From NCBI GenBank assembly GCA_036172245.1, contig JAYWIR010000033.1:1984001-2048000 (forward strand): a stretch of DNA of 64,000 bases, in the 5' to 3' direction. The notes beneath the pieces were generated by a model. It worked only from the letters and a program-made list of their open reading frames with translations, was not told the origin of the DNA and made no database searches. This stretch comes from Raillietiella orientalis (Eukaryota). Positions within the stretch are counted from its first letter, which is position 1. Each line of letters opens with the position of its first letter. Shown here piece by piece: positions 1 through 12,300 of the stretch. Made by a program: the position numbers and the translations under genes.

Positions 1-3000
1 CAGCTAAGGAGAAAGAACTGCGCCGATTCATCCCAGTTGCCATAGAAACAGATGACGTTGCTTTTATTTCTGTTTACTTGTTGAGCAGAAGAGAGGATGG
101 GCAGCGGCTCCAAACTCGCGGAGCGGACACAGATGTCCTCAGAGAACGGTGGGAGCTGAAACATCATTCTGAATAGATCCACGGGGCCCCCCTCCCGTTA
201 AGTAGATGGATCCACGAGGCGCTTTGTCATCCAAACTCATCGTGGGACCTCATTTCTAAATCGCTGATGACTCGGAAGGAAAGCAGCCTGAGATCCCTTC
301 GAGAACCGAAGCTGCCACGACTGTGGACCAGCGTCCGTCCGGTCGACCACGAGAGCGCATCAACGAAATTCGCAAACCCATCCTTCATGCGATCGCGCAT
401 GTGCACAGCCCACGGTGTTCCTCCTCGCGCCGAAGAAAAGGGCCAAACGAGGGAGAGCTTATCTGAGGCTGGGCACACCGTGCTGCCTTTTCTCAGGATC
501 CCCCCAAACACTGTGCTCTTCTCTCCCGGAAGAGGCTGCCCGGAAATTCCTTACACGCCAGCCACGCGACGTTCGGCACCACTGAGCTCTCTGCGTTCGG
601 AGGAATGCAACCTTCTTTGTGCTGATGATACACGGTGCTTGGAGATTAATTGCGCCAGATGTACACCGGGATTGACTGCGTTCTTCCTCGCAGTCCCGAA
701 TCTCTTTCAGCGAGAATCGGCGAGTTTGTTCGCTGCAGTGAGGGTCGTGGGTCGGCGCGTGTTGACAGAAGCGCACCCGGGAATCCTTCGAAAGGGAGAG
801 GAAGGGTGTGAGAAGCCATGGCTCGCTTAGCAGCTGCTCCCGAGAGGGTCAAGTGAGCCAAGTGAATCCCAGAGACGCATCCATTTTCCCCAAATTATGC
901 CGTGGGTGTTCCCTGAACACACCCGAAGAGCCATTGCAGCACCTCCCGATGACTTGGGATTATCCAAATCTGCGTCCCACCCTCCTCGGAAGAGCACTTT
1001 TCATGATTATGGCGGACTCCGCTGAGGGTGCCATCGGGAAGGACTCCAATGAAACGGCAAAGGGAAGAAATGCCTGAACCGTTGGAAAAACAGAAAGCTG
1101 AAGGCAGGAACACCAACGGCAGAGGCCTTCCTATGTGAATACAGGATGAATCTTGGATTGAAGAAGCTCCGGAAACGGTCCCACCCTCCATCTCGCCTGC
1201 CTCATCCGCAGAATCACCAGTGTGGAAAATCATGTGATGCCGTCGGCTCCATGGCAACATTGCGGGGCAAAGTTTCGAAATCCGCGTGTGAGATGGGTGA
1301 TTCCTCAACGTCAGGAAGGCCACGCCACGTCTCAGAATGCAGTGCTTTGCGGGCGCCAATGCACATCGGACCATCAAAAAGAAGCACGTAAATGTCTCTG
1401 CTGACGACTTGATCGCGAACGCATTGGTTATCTGTACGCTTTCTCCTGGTTCCAAGTTCCAGCTTCCCGGGTTACGGCCAGCTTTTTCATCCGAAATGCA
1501 CACTGCTCACTGGGCTCCATTAAAAGTTCAATCTCCAGCCAGGGAGCACCATGTATCACACGTGGACGGCTTCCATGGTGGCTTGCGCCCTATTTACCGA
1601 CCGGTCTTGCAGCTTGCGAAGATGACTGCAGATTTACAAATGCCTTCGAGATTTACCACAACGGCAAACCCACGGAAAAAAAAAAAGAAAAAGAAAAACA
1701 TCAGCAAATCATAAATGCTACTGAGTTGCTGAAAAGTTGCCTCGCCGTTTTCGTGCGGCGGAATTTGACCACCGTGGCTGAGGTCTACGGAGGAAGATGT
1801 TTTCGCCATGTTTCCAGTGCCCTTTGGATGCTCTCACGACTCACTTGGTTGTGCCAAACCTGCGCTCTGGAACTTTCTGCGCCTCCCCGTTTTGCGAACG
1901 AGCAGCCCCCAAAAGACGCCGAAACGTGCGATCACCGTATTTCGTACAAACACGTACACCGCAACACCCTCAAGTGTGCAGCTCGCATCCGCAATTCAGA
2001 GCACTCGGAGCGGTTCCACGAAGTGGTGACATCGGCGAAGGCATCCTTTTTCTTACGTGATTGATGGAAACTGCGCCTCGTTCCTCCCGAATAAGCGGAT
2101 TTCGTGAGAGCAGCTCGCTCCTCGCAGCTCCCGGGCTTTCCTGGATGCCTCCGCGGAGAGGAATCCAAATTGAATTTCTGGAGCCGATATCCATCCTGGA
2201 AGCAGCAGCCACCTCTGCTGCAAGACTGGAGACCACGAGGTTCCTCTTCAACCACTCTCACGATTGCGGAAGAATCTCAGCACGCTGTTAAAGCGCGTCC
2301 TTCTGACGGCAGTTTCCCTCGCCACGGACCATTAGCAAAAATGAGTCAGGGAAGGGTGGGCTCTTTTCGCCGCGGTGCCCAGACTCAAGGTTTCGAGTCG
2401 CTCACTCTTTGAGCACTTGAGTCTCCACGAAACGCGTGCTCTCCCGCGAAACGTCTTTTTCAGGTTCGCTTCTGCGACTTGAAATTCGCTTTGCCCTCGG
2501 GCTTTGTCCTAGCTCCAAAGTCGTGCTTATTGAGGAGAAGCGAGATATAAATAAATAAATAAACGTCTCATCTGAGTGAATCAGAGAGCTCAAAGTCACA
2601 CGAAATGAATCGGCACGGCAGCCCAAGACTGACATCGGGAGGAGCGTTAGGTTTGGTGTTTTCAACCATCGCAGGCAAGAACTCCACGTGACCTTGACTG
2701 AAAATGAGCGACTTACCCATATTAGAAGACTGGTATTCCTGCACAACACTCGGCAAGGCGGGAGCTCGCTTCTTGATCTCTGGAAGTGAATGAACATGTC
2801 GAGAAAAACAGAAAAATGGAGTCTCAGCTACGCGAAATCCAACACGCCGACTGAGACGGCGGCTCTTTGCCACTGTCATGCATTAATTGAGGTCACCGTT
2901 TCCGATTCATGCAAGGAACGTCAAAAAGTAAACGGTCGGGCAAGCGATCATTTTCAGATGCTGCTGGAATCTCAGAGCTCGAGTAAGGACTTCCAGGACG

Positions 3001-5273
3001 AAGCAGGGTCCCTCATCCTCCTTCCTGTCCTCAAAAAACTTTCCCAGCAGTCAGCTGGAACAGATTTAATGGAAGTTCCCAAACTGCCGTGATGAGCAGT
3101 TTCCCTGAGTTGGGGAAAGAAAATGCCCCGCCGACTTGTCCATCAGGATTGCAGGGATATTCAATCAGCCGTTCGCCTTTTTTTAATTGGGACCTGCATT
3201 TCCCACCAGCCCAAGTTCATTCTGCTACTGGTCATCATATGGTCATAGAAAACAAAGCCGCTTCCAGGCTCTGACATGATCGAGGTCTGGGATCGACGTG
3301 CTATCTGAGGCACGACCGAGTGACCTGGGAATTCCCACTCCCTGGTCATCATCTTCTCCTCCCCGTCCTCCATTCGTGGGTGCCATCTCACCTTATTCTT
3401 TGATCTGTGATCCAACATCGATGGGGCTCAATGACCTGCTACTTTTTGACCTTCCATCGCCGACGCCGATCTGCAGGCTGAACGGCAGATGGTTTGGCAT
3501 CTCGGCCTCGGACCAGGAAGCACTGACGAGCAGGAGCAGACGACACTCCAGAGCGAAAATCGCACTTCCTGTCCACCCATTTTCCGCACGAATCTTTGCG
3601 TTTTTCTACTCTTCGAGTAAAAAGTGTATTGCCGATTCGAGGTCAGCAGCGGGCAGCTAAGAATTTTCCAATGTCCACTCAGACAAGGAAAACGGAATTC
3701 GGGAGCGTCAAACTTGATCTATCAGCTTGTCAAAATTGAATACGCAAGTGCCCTGGGACGAATAGGTGGGGAAGTCCACTGGACATGATTTCCGTCCTAT
3801 TTCTGCATAGCCCAACATGCTAAGAGTCCAAGTTCCGTGTTCATTTTGTGCAGCTTCTGTGGACCGCGATTCCTACTGTCGTTTGCATCAATGGGTGATT
3901 TTTCTGCCGTGACAGCTTAATATTTGCATATCATTTCAAGGAGAGGGAGGTGAAGAAAACAAAATTCAGTGCCGGATACTTTTCAGAAGCTGCTCTTGAC
4001 TAATTCCACAGTTGTCCCCTCTTCCGATGATGGTCACAGAATCCACACTGGTCACCTGCTACTTCCGGTTTCCATATAGATAAAAGCGCGTGCATGAAGG
4101 GGTACAGATACGCAGATGGTGACCTAGGAACGACGCCAGCGAACTGGACACCTCTTTCTTTGAAAACTGATGATTTTTCCCTCATTTCTAAAAGCCAGCC
4201 ATGACCATTCCATTCAGTAAGTTGTTGCGAATGAATATCCGTCCCGATTTTATATCGTCCACCTCTTTGAAGTCTGACCTATCGATGGAATTATCCACCT
4301 ACGATTCTGACTCAAGTCCGTGCCTATTTATTCAACAGAGACAACCAGTTCTCTGCATCTTCGCTTTCGTGAGCTGCTCCTTAGGTCAGGCCTGATGCTG
4401 CCACGATGCATCAAGAACTTACGAGTCAATCCTCGTGGATAGCCTCAGGGGGTCGTATGGACCATATACCAGAAAATTCACTGACCATCACATGCTGACA
4501 CGCGTTTATTCGGTGGGAGGCATACAATAAAGAAAATTACGATGTACACAAGTTATGCTTACAGCTGATGACCGGAAAAGATCATTTCAGTCTTCAGTAT
4601 TCAGAAACGTCCTTGAAATGCCTCGAAATTGGATTCAAATCGTGATCTGTGGACAGTTGTTGCTCTCGCGTACACTTTCATGTACGAAACCTGTCGCTGA
4701 TCGAGATTCGGCGGTATTCATTGGTATTCCAGTTTCAGGGATTCTTAGTGTTTCCTTCCCCCCTCCCTCTCGCGTATCATCCACTAACCGAATCCCGTGG
4801 CGCGCGTGTGACCCCAGCTGTGTCAAACTGGACAGAGCACGTTGTAGAGAAAGAGCCGAAGTTTGGAAGATTTGTCTTCCACTTCTGCTTCTGCATCCTC
4901 TGCATTAAATGCATGATTTTCTTCATCTTTTTATCAATCCACTTGCAGTTTGTGAATCGGAATTCTGCCAACAGTTGGTTCCATCTTTTTTATGAAAAAA
5001 ATAATAATTGGATTAGTGGAATTCAATTAATTAGCTCTCTCCTCTCTTTGGACTGTTTTTCGAGAAAATCTCTGAAAACCATTTTCCGTTTTTAAAGTGC
5101 TTCCATGTTAGTTCGGCTAAGATTGTCATTCTTCTTCTCTTAAGAGGGTTTCCCTGTTTGGGAGTCTTCTGATGGACCTAAGGTGAAAGAAGCTGGCACG
5201 CCCACTCTGTGTATAGCTTGCAGCGTCAGGAGCTTCTGGGAGCACATTATTCGCATGCAGTCATTAAGTATAC

Positions 5274-5291
5274 ATATATATATATATATAT
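5274..5291. repeat. (AT)9 microsatellite
   Basis: Direct reading of the sequence. Confidence 0.9.
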
Positions 5292-6176
5292 GTATGCTAA
5301 AGGCTTTTTGTCATTTATGGAGCCAAAGCAACAGTTGAGGAACTGGAAAAAAAAAAAATAAATTCCAAACTTTTAGAATTTCAAAAGAGTTCGACTCTAA
5401 GCTGCTATGTCGAGAAAGATCCTGCTTTCTTCTGAAGCTCCAGAATGCTAGAAGGGTGGCAGTATGAGGATTCAGACGTTATCTAGAATATGCTGGTTTT
5501 GAACTCGTGATTGGGTTCCCAAACTCTTGGAAACCCAATCGTTCCTTCTCTTCTCTTTTCTTTTCTTTTTTGCCCATTGTGGCAAATGTGCTTTCAGTGA
5601 AAGATTGGTTTCAGTAGTGATTCCAGGGATGCGGTCCACTTGCCAACTTCTTTCGAACCCGCCAACTTCAACTGGGAATCAGACTTCCGACCGAGAAGCA
5701 CACCTCCCGACCAAGGAATGCAGGATTCCGGGGTAACCGTCCTGATCCTGGAGCAATGCGAGATGGAACGAAATGGAACGAAAGCAGTGGATGTGGGTTC
5801 AATGGATGCAACCCACAGACTCATTTTGAGTTGCCTGCGCGCTAAGGGAGGCCACCCGGGTTTCTCTCGAAAGACATCAGCCACGGTCGCGAGTGGCAAG
5901 CACAGCATTTGCAGCATTTTCCATACGGAGGTGGAAAACAAGTGGCAAGAATTCGCCGGGAAGGAAAACAGGAAACGAAATGAAGGAGGAAAAAAAAAAA
6001 AGCAAGAAGAAAAGCGGGCTAGTCCACTGTCCACTGGGATTTAAATGGACGAGAACAGTGGGAAGGTTCGTTCGTAACTCTCACTTCAGCCGCCGGGAGC
6101 GCCACGCACGTCGTGTACTTAAACATTGCGTGCCGAAACGGAGAGTTTGGCAAATGGCAGCGTGCGCTCTGCTCAC

Positions 6177-6326
6177 CGTACAATCTGATGTGTCCATCTG
6201 TATCTCCGAGCGAGTTCTTTGCCAAGCACTTGTAGGTCTGAAAGTCAGATTTCTTCATGCGTCGGATCCGCAGGCTCATGTAGACTTTGTACGAAAAACT
6301 CGTTATGTTCATCGTGTACTTGCTAC
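6177..6326 (-). CDS. IgLON/DIP-like exon 7 (C-half of Ig3)
   Basis: Acceptor CTCCTGATTTCCAG, donor ACG|GTGAGC, 150 nt, phase 1-1. Encodes SKYTMNITSFSYKVYMSLRIRRMKKSDFQTYKCLAKNSLGDTDGHIRLY. Confidence 0.96.
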
Positions 6327-9300
6327 CTGGAAATCAGGAGAGCAGGAACAGAAATCTTTAGTGACGCGTGGCTTTCTCATTTCCGTTGGCACATTGATTT
6401 GTGCGCCTTCCCTAGCCGCCAGCGACCTCCCCATCCATGCAGCAGCAAAGCGCCATCCCTTCCCTGGAAGAAAGCTCTCGCTCCTCCGATAAAAGAGACC
6501 GGGATCGGCTCAGCGAAACTCCCGGGCTCTTCCTGACGAAGCCGACCGACGTTTCCGGGAAAACAAACAAACGAAGCAGGAATCCGGGTGCGGGCCCCGG
6601 GATCGCCCTCAAGAAGTGGAGGGTGATCCTCGAGACGAGAGGAACACCGGCGGAACGCCGGAACCATTCTCAAAAACGATTCCCCACTTTTAAGCTGTCA
6701 GCACATCGCCGCCCTCCCATCGTAGGGGGCAATAGTCCCGATCGCAGGAATCCGAAATGATTCTCAGTAAAATACAGAAGCGAGGAAGTTTTCGAAAATG
6801 AAAAGTAAATTTCCTGGGATCGGAGAAAACCCATAGGCTATCAATGCAATAAAAATTTTTTTATTATTCAAACAGCTGGCATGGGATGTGTTATGAATGC
6901 CAGCTGCCTTCCGTATTTACCAAATGCTCCTGAAGTTCTTCTTATTTCCATCCGAAAGTGATTGAAACTTTTTCAGAGGATGCTAATGGAAAGGGCCGAG
7001 GCCTTCTAATTCCTTTTTGAATCTGTCTATCGCCTACCTATCTTTTTTTTCGGTTCCTTTTTCCCCCGAACTGAAAAGATCTCACATTTGGCGACCGGAA
7101 GGAAGGGGGAAGGAGGAATCGTTCTGAATGACTCGGAAAACGAAATCCCGGAAAACTCTTTTCGCGCGTATCTACTCCCTGAATCTGAAACTCTTTAGGG
7201 AGGTCATGGAGCAGATCACGCGCTCATTGCCAGCAACCGGAGGAGCGCTGGCAACTGCGGCATTTCCTATGCACGGCAACATTTTGGTGTTCCTTTCTTC
7301 AGAGTCAGCAGCGAGCAAAACTATATGGAAAACAGTTTTCCGTAAATCATTAATGATCCCGTAACTGTCACGCGCGAGGGATAAGGGAAATTTCTCCCGA
7401 AGACAGATCAAGCGGATCGGGAGACCAGCAGCGAATTGATTTTCATTGCGGAAGACTTTCAGCTTCGAGCGTGGCGGATGCTCGCATCCGTTCGGAGACC
7501 AACTGATGGATGCATCCGAATGGCACTTGCCGATAAAAATCTTCGGACCCGAAAACCCATGTTGGGAAGGCCGAGAGAAATCGGCCAGCATCCTCCGAGA
7601 TAGCGATCTCGTGTGTGGGAAGGCCGCAATCAGCCGATTCGACCACCACTGAATTCTGGTCCGGACGCGCATCCACACGTGCGGTTGAGCACACTGAACC
7701 CAGGATGCTGCATCGATACACCCACGCGTTCCTTCATTGAAATCAGAACGGATAAAGCAGAGGGATATTTTAGTAGCGAACAACTCGAAGGAAGGGAGGA
7801 GGAAGGGGGGAAGGGAGGAAGGGAGGAAAGGGAGTCAGTCGCATTCGAGGTGGGGTGGTGAGTCGCATCAAAGTGCTCCGTTGGCAGTGGGGGAAGAGAG
7901 GAAGGGAGGAAAGGGAGTCAGTCGCATTCGAGGTGGGGTGGTGAGTCGCATCAAAGTGCTCCGTTGGCAGTGGGGGAAGAGAGGAAGGGAGGAAAGGGAG
8001 TCGCATTCGAGGTGGGGTGGTGAGTCGCATCAAAGTGCTCCGTTGGCAGTGGGGCCTGTTCCTCAGGAAGGGAGGAGGAGAACGAAGGCTGCCAAAATGC
8101 AAATTCTTCCTAATGTATTCTTAGCAGGCATCGTTCGACCCTGTTCCAGGAGATGAGCGGCTAATGAGCGAAACTCGGTTTCAAGTGACGATTCGGATAA
8201 GCACGGAGACGAAAAACTTTGCTCGAATCCCTCCGCAGATGGCGATCACACTGAAGGCTATCGTAAAAGAACAAAGGCAGCCTCAAGCACGAAGTTGTTG
8301 ATCAAGAAGTTTGTGCCGGTTAGCGAGGATCTTGCTGCTGCCTGAAGCAATGGACTGGCATCCCAAATGGAGCACATCTAAGAAAACTTAGATGCAGAAT
8401 TAAAAAGGAACTTGAATTGGCTTTGAAGAGCGATTTCAGTTCGAGAATGGAGGAAGTGCTGTTGGAAAAGAAGCGAAATCGATTAACGGAGGGAAATTGA
8501 GAGAATGGCAAAGGACCTCTTTGCATCCGCAGTGCCTCTGTGCGAAGAGGAAGGAGCGATCCAGAAAATCCACGGCTGTTTTCCTGCTTTCCGGTTAGGT
8601 GCTGTGCGTGGGAATGCGGGATCTCTGGCTGGAGGAAAGAACAGATTCTGATGTGTGTGCACGCAGCAAGCGGTTGAAGTCGCGAAAAAAGGAAAGCCGA
8701 ACGAATTTCAGCCGTCACTTTTCGGACGGAGCACCGATTTTTTAAAAGCTGTCCGAGTTATCCTGCAAAGGAGTGCGAATTCGCTTCAGAGGCTGCGGGA
8801 ATTGAAGTCCTTTCTTCGGAAACAGCTGGAAGAAAAGCAAAGCCGTGCGCAAAAGCAGCTGAATGGTGAAAGAATCCATGGAGACGGATGCTGAAGAAAG
8901 CGAGGCTGGAGAAAGCAGCGTTCATCCACGGTCATCTCCAGTGAACTCTGCAAGCGAAGAGTGCGCAAAGTATGCATCCTGCCTGAAGTTTGCCCGAAGT
9001 TTGCGTTGAACGGCCATGGCCGGCGGCACCCATCTTCGTCTAACTGACTGTTCCTGAAGTCCCCACTCTGAAGAAACGGGGAACCTCCAAGTGGTGTTAT
9101 CGCCTAATTGTCCGTGGGATCAGCGAAAACATTTTGCTGAACATCGTGAGTTTGTCGAAAAAGGACTTCTCCTAAGTAAGTCGTGGCTTGGAACACGTCC
9201 CCAAGTTTCTGCCGAAGCACTTGCGCGCACCGTGAAGTGTTGGAATCATTAATTAGACCTTTACGATGCGGTAGGGTGTACCAAAAACAAACGTTAATGT

Positions 9301-12300
9301 GGAAAGTATGAAAAATGCTCGGACCTATAAATCAACAGTTTTATTCGCTGCTCCCGGGACCCATAAATCATTCTTCCTAAAGAACTGATAACTAGAGGCA
9401 AGCTGGAGGGCAGAAAGTAGAAAAACTCAAGTCTCGCGTGCTTTCCAAGAAAAGTTCCACAGGGCACACAGAAGTTGGAGTTGTATAAGGTCGTTTCAAA
9501 GAGATGGATTGCACTGGAAAACGATTTCAAACATTCCTGATCAGCTCCGAGCAAATGCGATGATAAATAAGTCGTGGAGGGAGCGGTCACCATGAGAACG
9601 GCAAAAGCTCGAGCGAAGCCAAGGATCGATTGACACCCAGCAAGGAGGAAGACGGGCGATTCTGCACACGGGGGAGCAAATGGCTTCTGGGTGCTGTCAT
9701 CGAAAAACAGACAAAGCTCTTCAGAGCCGCGTACTTTTTTCTTTCTCCCCTACAGACCCGGAGAACTGATTGCAGATTTCAGGAAGCAGATCTCATGCAA
9801 GCACTCGTCGGGAAGATTCGGATTTTTTTTTTTTTTTGGATTTCCTGCGGTTGTGTTTCAGCTGACCGAACGAAAAAAGCATCCATTCTTTCCAGGATGT
9901 CCAGGGGACTGGCGGAGTCCACCGGCTGCCTGTCCGGTGTCGCTGTTTGGAACCGAAGCTCGACAAGCTCTCAAATGGAGAGCGCGAAACCAGAAGTGGA
10001 AGGAAAATGATGCTGATCACCTGGCAACTGTTCCAAGGACGCGGACGGAGCAGTGAAAATTTCAACACGAAAGCGGATCACGGTGGTCAAACCGATGGTC
10101 CCAACTTGATCAGCCAAACACTATTCCGGGGTGTAATCCAAACGAATGGGTGCATTGACATCGCAGTCCGGAGGAGCAGACGATGGAATGCATCGAATAA
10201 TAAATATTTACTGCAGGGTAAGCAGTGATCCTCAACTGGGAGAACGAGCGTAAAGACACGGATGCGAAGAGCTTTGTGCAAGCCTATTCGTTTGCTTGGG
10301 GGAAGCAAATTCCTCAAGCAAATTGGCACGCGAGTCCGATTAGTTGGGGCTGATTTTCGCATCGGCTAATTGCGACTCATATTATTCAAGATTCATCTGA
10401 AGAAGAAGCTACATCGAGATAATGTGCGGGTTTTCAGCTAGCTCCACGTAAAAAAAGATGCCAAAAAAATCAAGGTACACAATGAGAGACATTCCTCCTG
10501 TAGTCGCCGAAGATCAACATAATGCGATTAGGGCCGGATAAACACCAACACCAATTCGGCATGCAGATCTTCAGGTGGACCCGCGTGGACTCCCTGAGCT
10601 GCTGGCCGCTGCCGGCGTGCTCCGAAGAAATCCGGAAACCTCCCGACCATGCGAGCATCGACCACGCCACCTCGAAAACGGGCCTCCGTCCACCTTGATG
10701 AGGCGCTCCTGCTGCACGAGATGGGGATCCCATTCGTCGACCGAGATTGTGGCCAATGTTGCGACTCCCATGATGCCAACACGGCGGTGGACCATCCCAT
10801 CGAGTGTCTCCGTTGCATCGGCGGTAGAAGTACGGAGGGAACGGGTTGAAGTGGCCTCAGAAAACCCTGATCCGTTCCCTGCCTTCCGTAGAAGGAGCTT
10901 TCGGACAGGCGGCCAGCTGCAGATGACCAGCAGCCGCTAGGGATTGGACTCAGCTGTCACTTGATGCTCACGCAATGCAAAGTTTGCACTTTTTTCGATG
11001 TCAGGTTGGATGCAACGTGCAGAGAACAACGGTGGCACTCGGCTTTTGGATGCGCCGTCGGAAAAAAAATGAGTTCTCGAATCGAAAAAATGATCATTTG
11101 ATTTTTTTCATTTTCAAGGAAAAATTTTTTTTCCTCCCGAAACATCGAGTCGTTTCTCCATTATGGCGCTTCTGTAGAGATTTTATCGTTTTATTTAATT
11201 GTGAATGCTGCGAATTTTTTTTCTTTCCTTCTTCCTTGTAACACCGGCTCTATTGGGGCTCCTAAGATCGCTTCAGATGTTATGCAGATCCTGGTTGCTG
11301 CGCGATGAACCCACGACTTTTAATGTCTCCATGAACATCACGGCCCATTCCTTCCCCCCCCCTTCCCAAATCTATCTGCTTAGTTCGTGCATTTTCTGTT
11401 CCACCATGTACAACATTTAATAATTAGAATTTTATAAGATTGGTGTCGAGTACATTTTTCACATGGAGCTGAACATCGGAAAGGAACACCCCGTCGCACT
11501 ACAAGTTTTCCTACCGCTTGAAAAAGACGCCAACTTCTATTTAAGAGATTCCCCGTGGCTGCTCGGCACAATTTAACCAGCGGATGATTTCTGAAAAATT
11601 CCTTCCCTCTTCCGATTTTCTTCGAAATCGCTCTCTCCCATGTCGAGCTTCTTGCTCATGGAAACGAATGCCGAAGTCCCCAAGGCGTGTGGAAAGCTCT
11701 GGAGCCATCACCATTCGGGCGCCGGCAGTCTTCTCGATTTGGCTCGTGTCCCATCAGAGCCAGACGAATCGTTCACGATGCCTATTCGGGGCCAACCGTT
11801 GCGCCCACTCCGTTGAGCTTCTGCACCCGAAACGGTTGAGCTGAGGAAAGCTGCACGTCGGAAAGCACCTCGGACGGTGGCCTTTTATCTCCATGTGCTC
11901 TTCCTGGATGTGCGCGTGCTTGAAAGGACAGGAGGCATGCGTGGTATGAAATAACATGACCTCCGCGAGGCGATCAGAGTGAGCAAATTAAAACGCCCAT
12001 GGCGACCACTCCGACGGCACGGAAACCAAATTTTGACCGTCGTTCCGAGCCGAGCCTTCATTATGCGTGCAATCAAAGAAATTTCTTAAGACACCCAGAC
12101 TTGTTCCTATCCTCATTCTTCCTGAGATAGGCCGCCAGTTTTGGGAAAAAAGCATCCTGCCGCAAAGAGCCCCTGTGAACTGACCGATTCGAAATCATTT
12201 CTTTTCTGTCTTCGCAGTTCTTGGACACGGTTCCACGCCACCCGAGGGTGGGTAATTCTTCAAGATGGGGGTACCCCGGCAGGGGTCCGCTTTATGAATC

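Noticed and set aside
260..295. CTGATGA...GAAA hammerhead ribozyme core
   Set aside because: No stem I/III pairing or NUH cleavage triplet can be formed. Other CTGATGA occurrences I checked also lack a properly placed GAAA.
895..3060. Candidate downstream (stalk/GPI) exons at several minus-strand AG sites (near 1075, 2178, 2698, 3055)
   Set aside because: Their phase-1 translations are not Ser/Thr-rich stalks or GPI signals and some acceptors are weak, so none can be supported.
7821..8054. CRISPR-like array
   Set aside because: The units are contiguous 83-bp tandem copies with no unique spacers, there are no cas genes, and the context is a eukaryotic intron.
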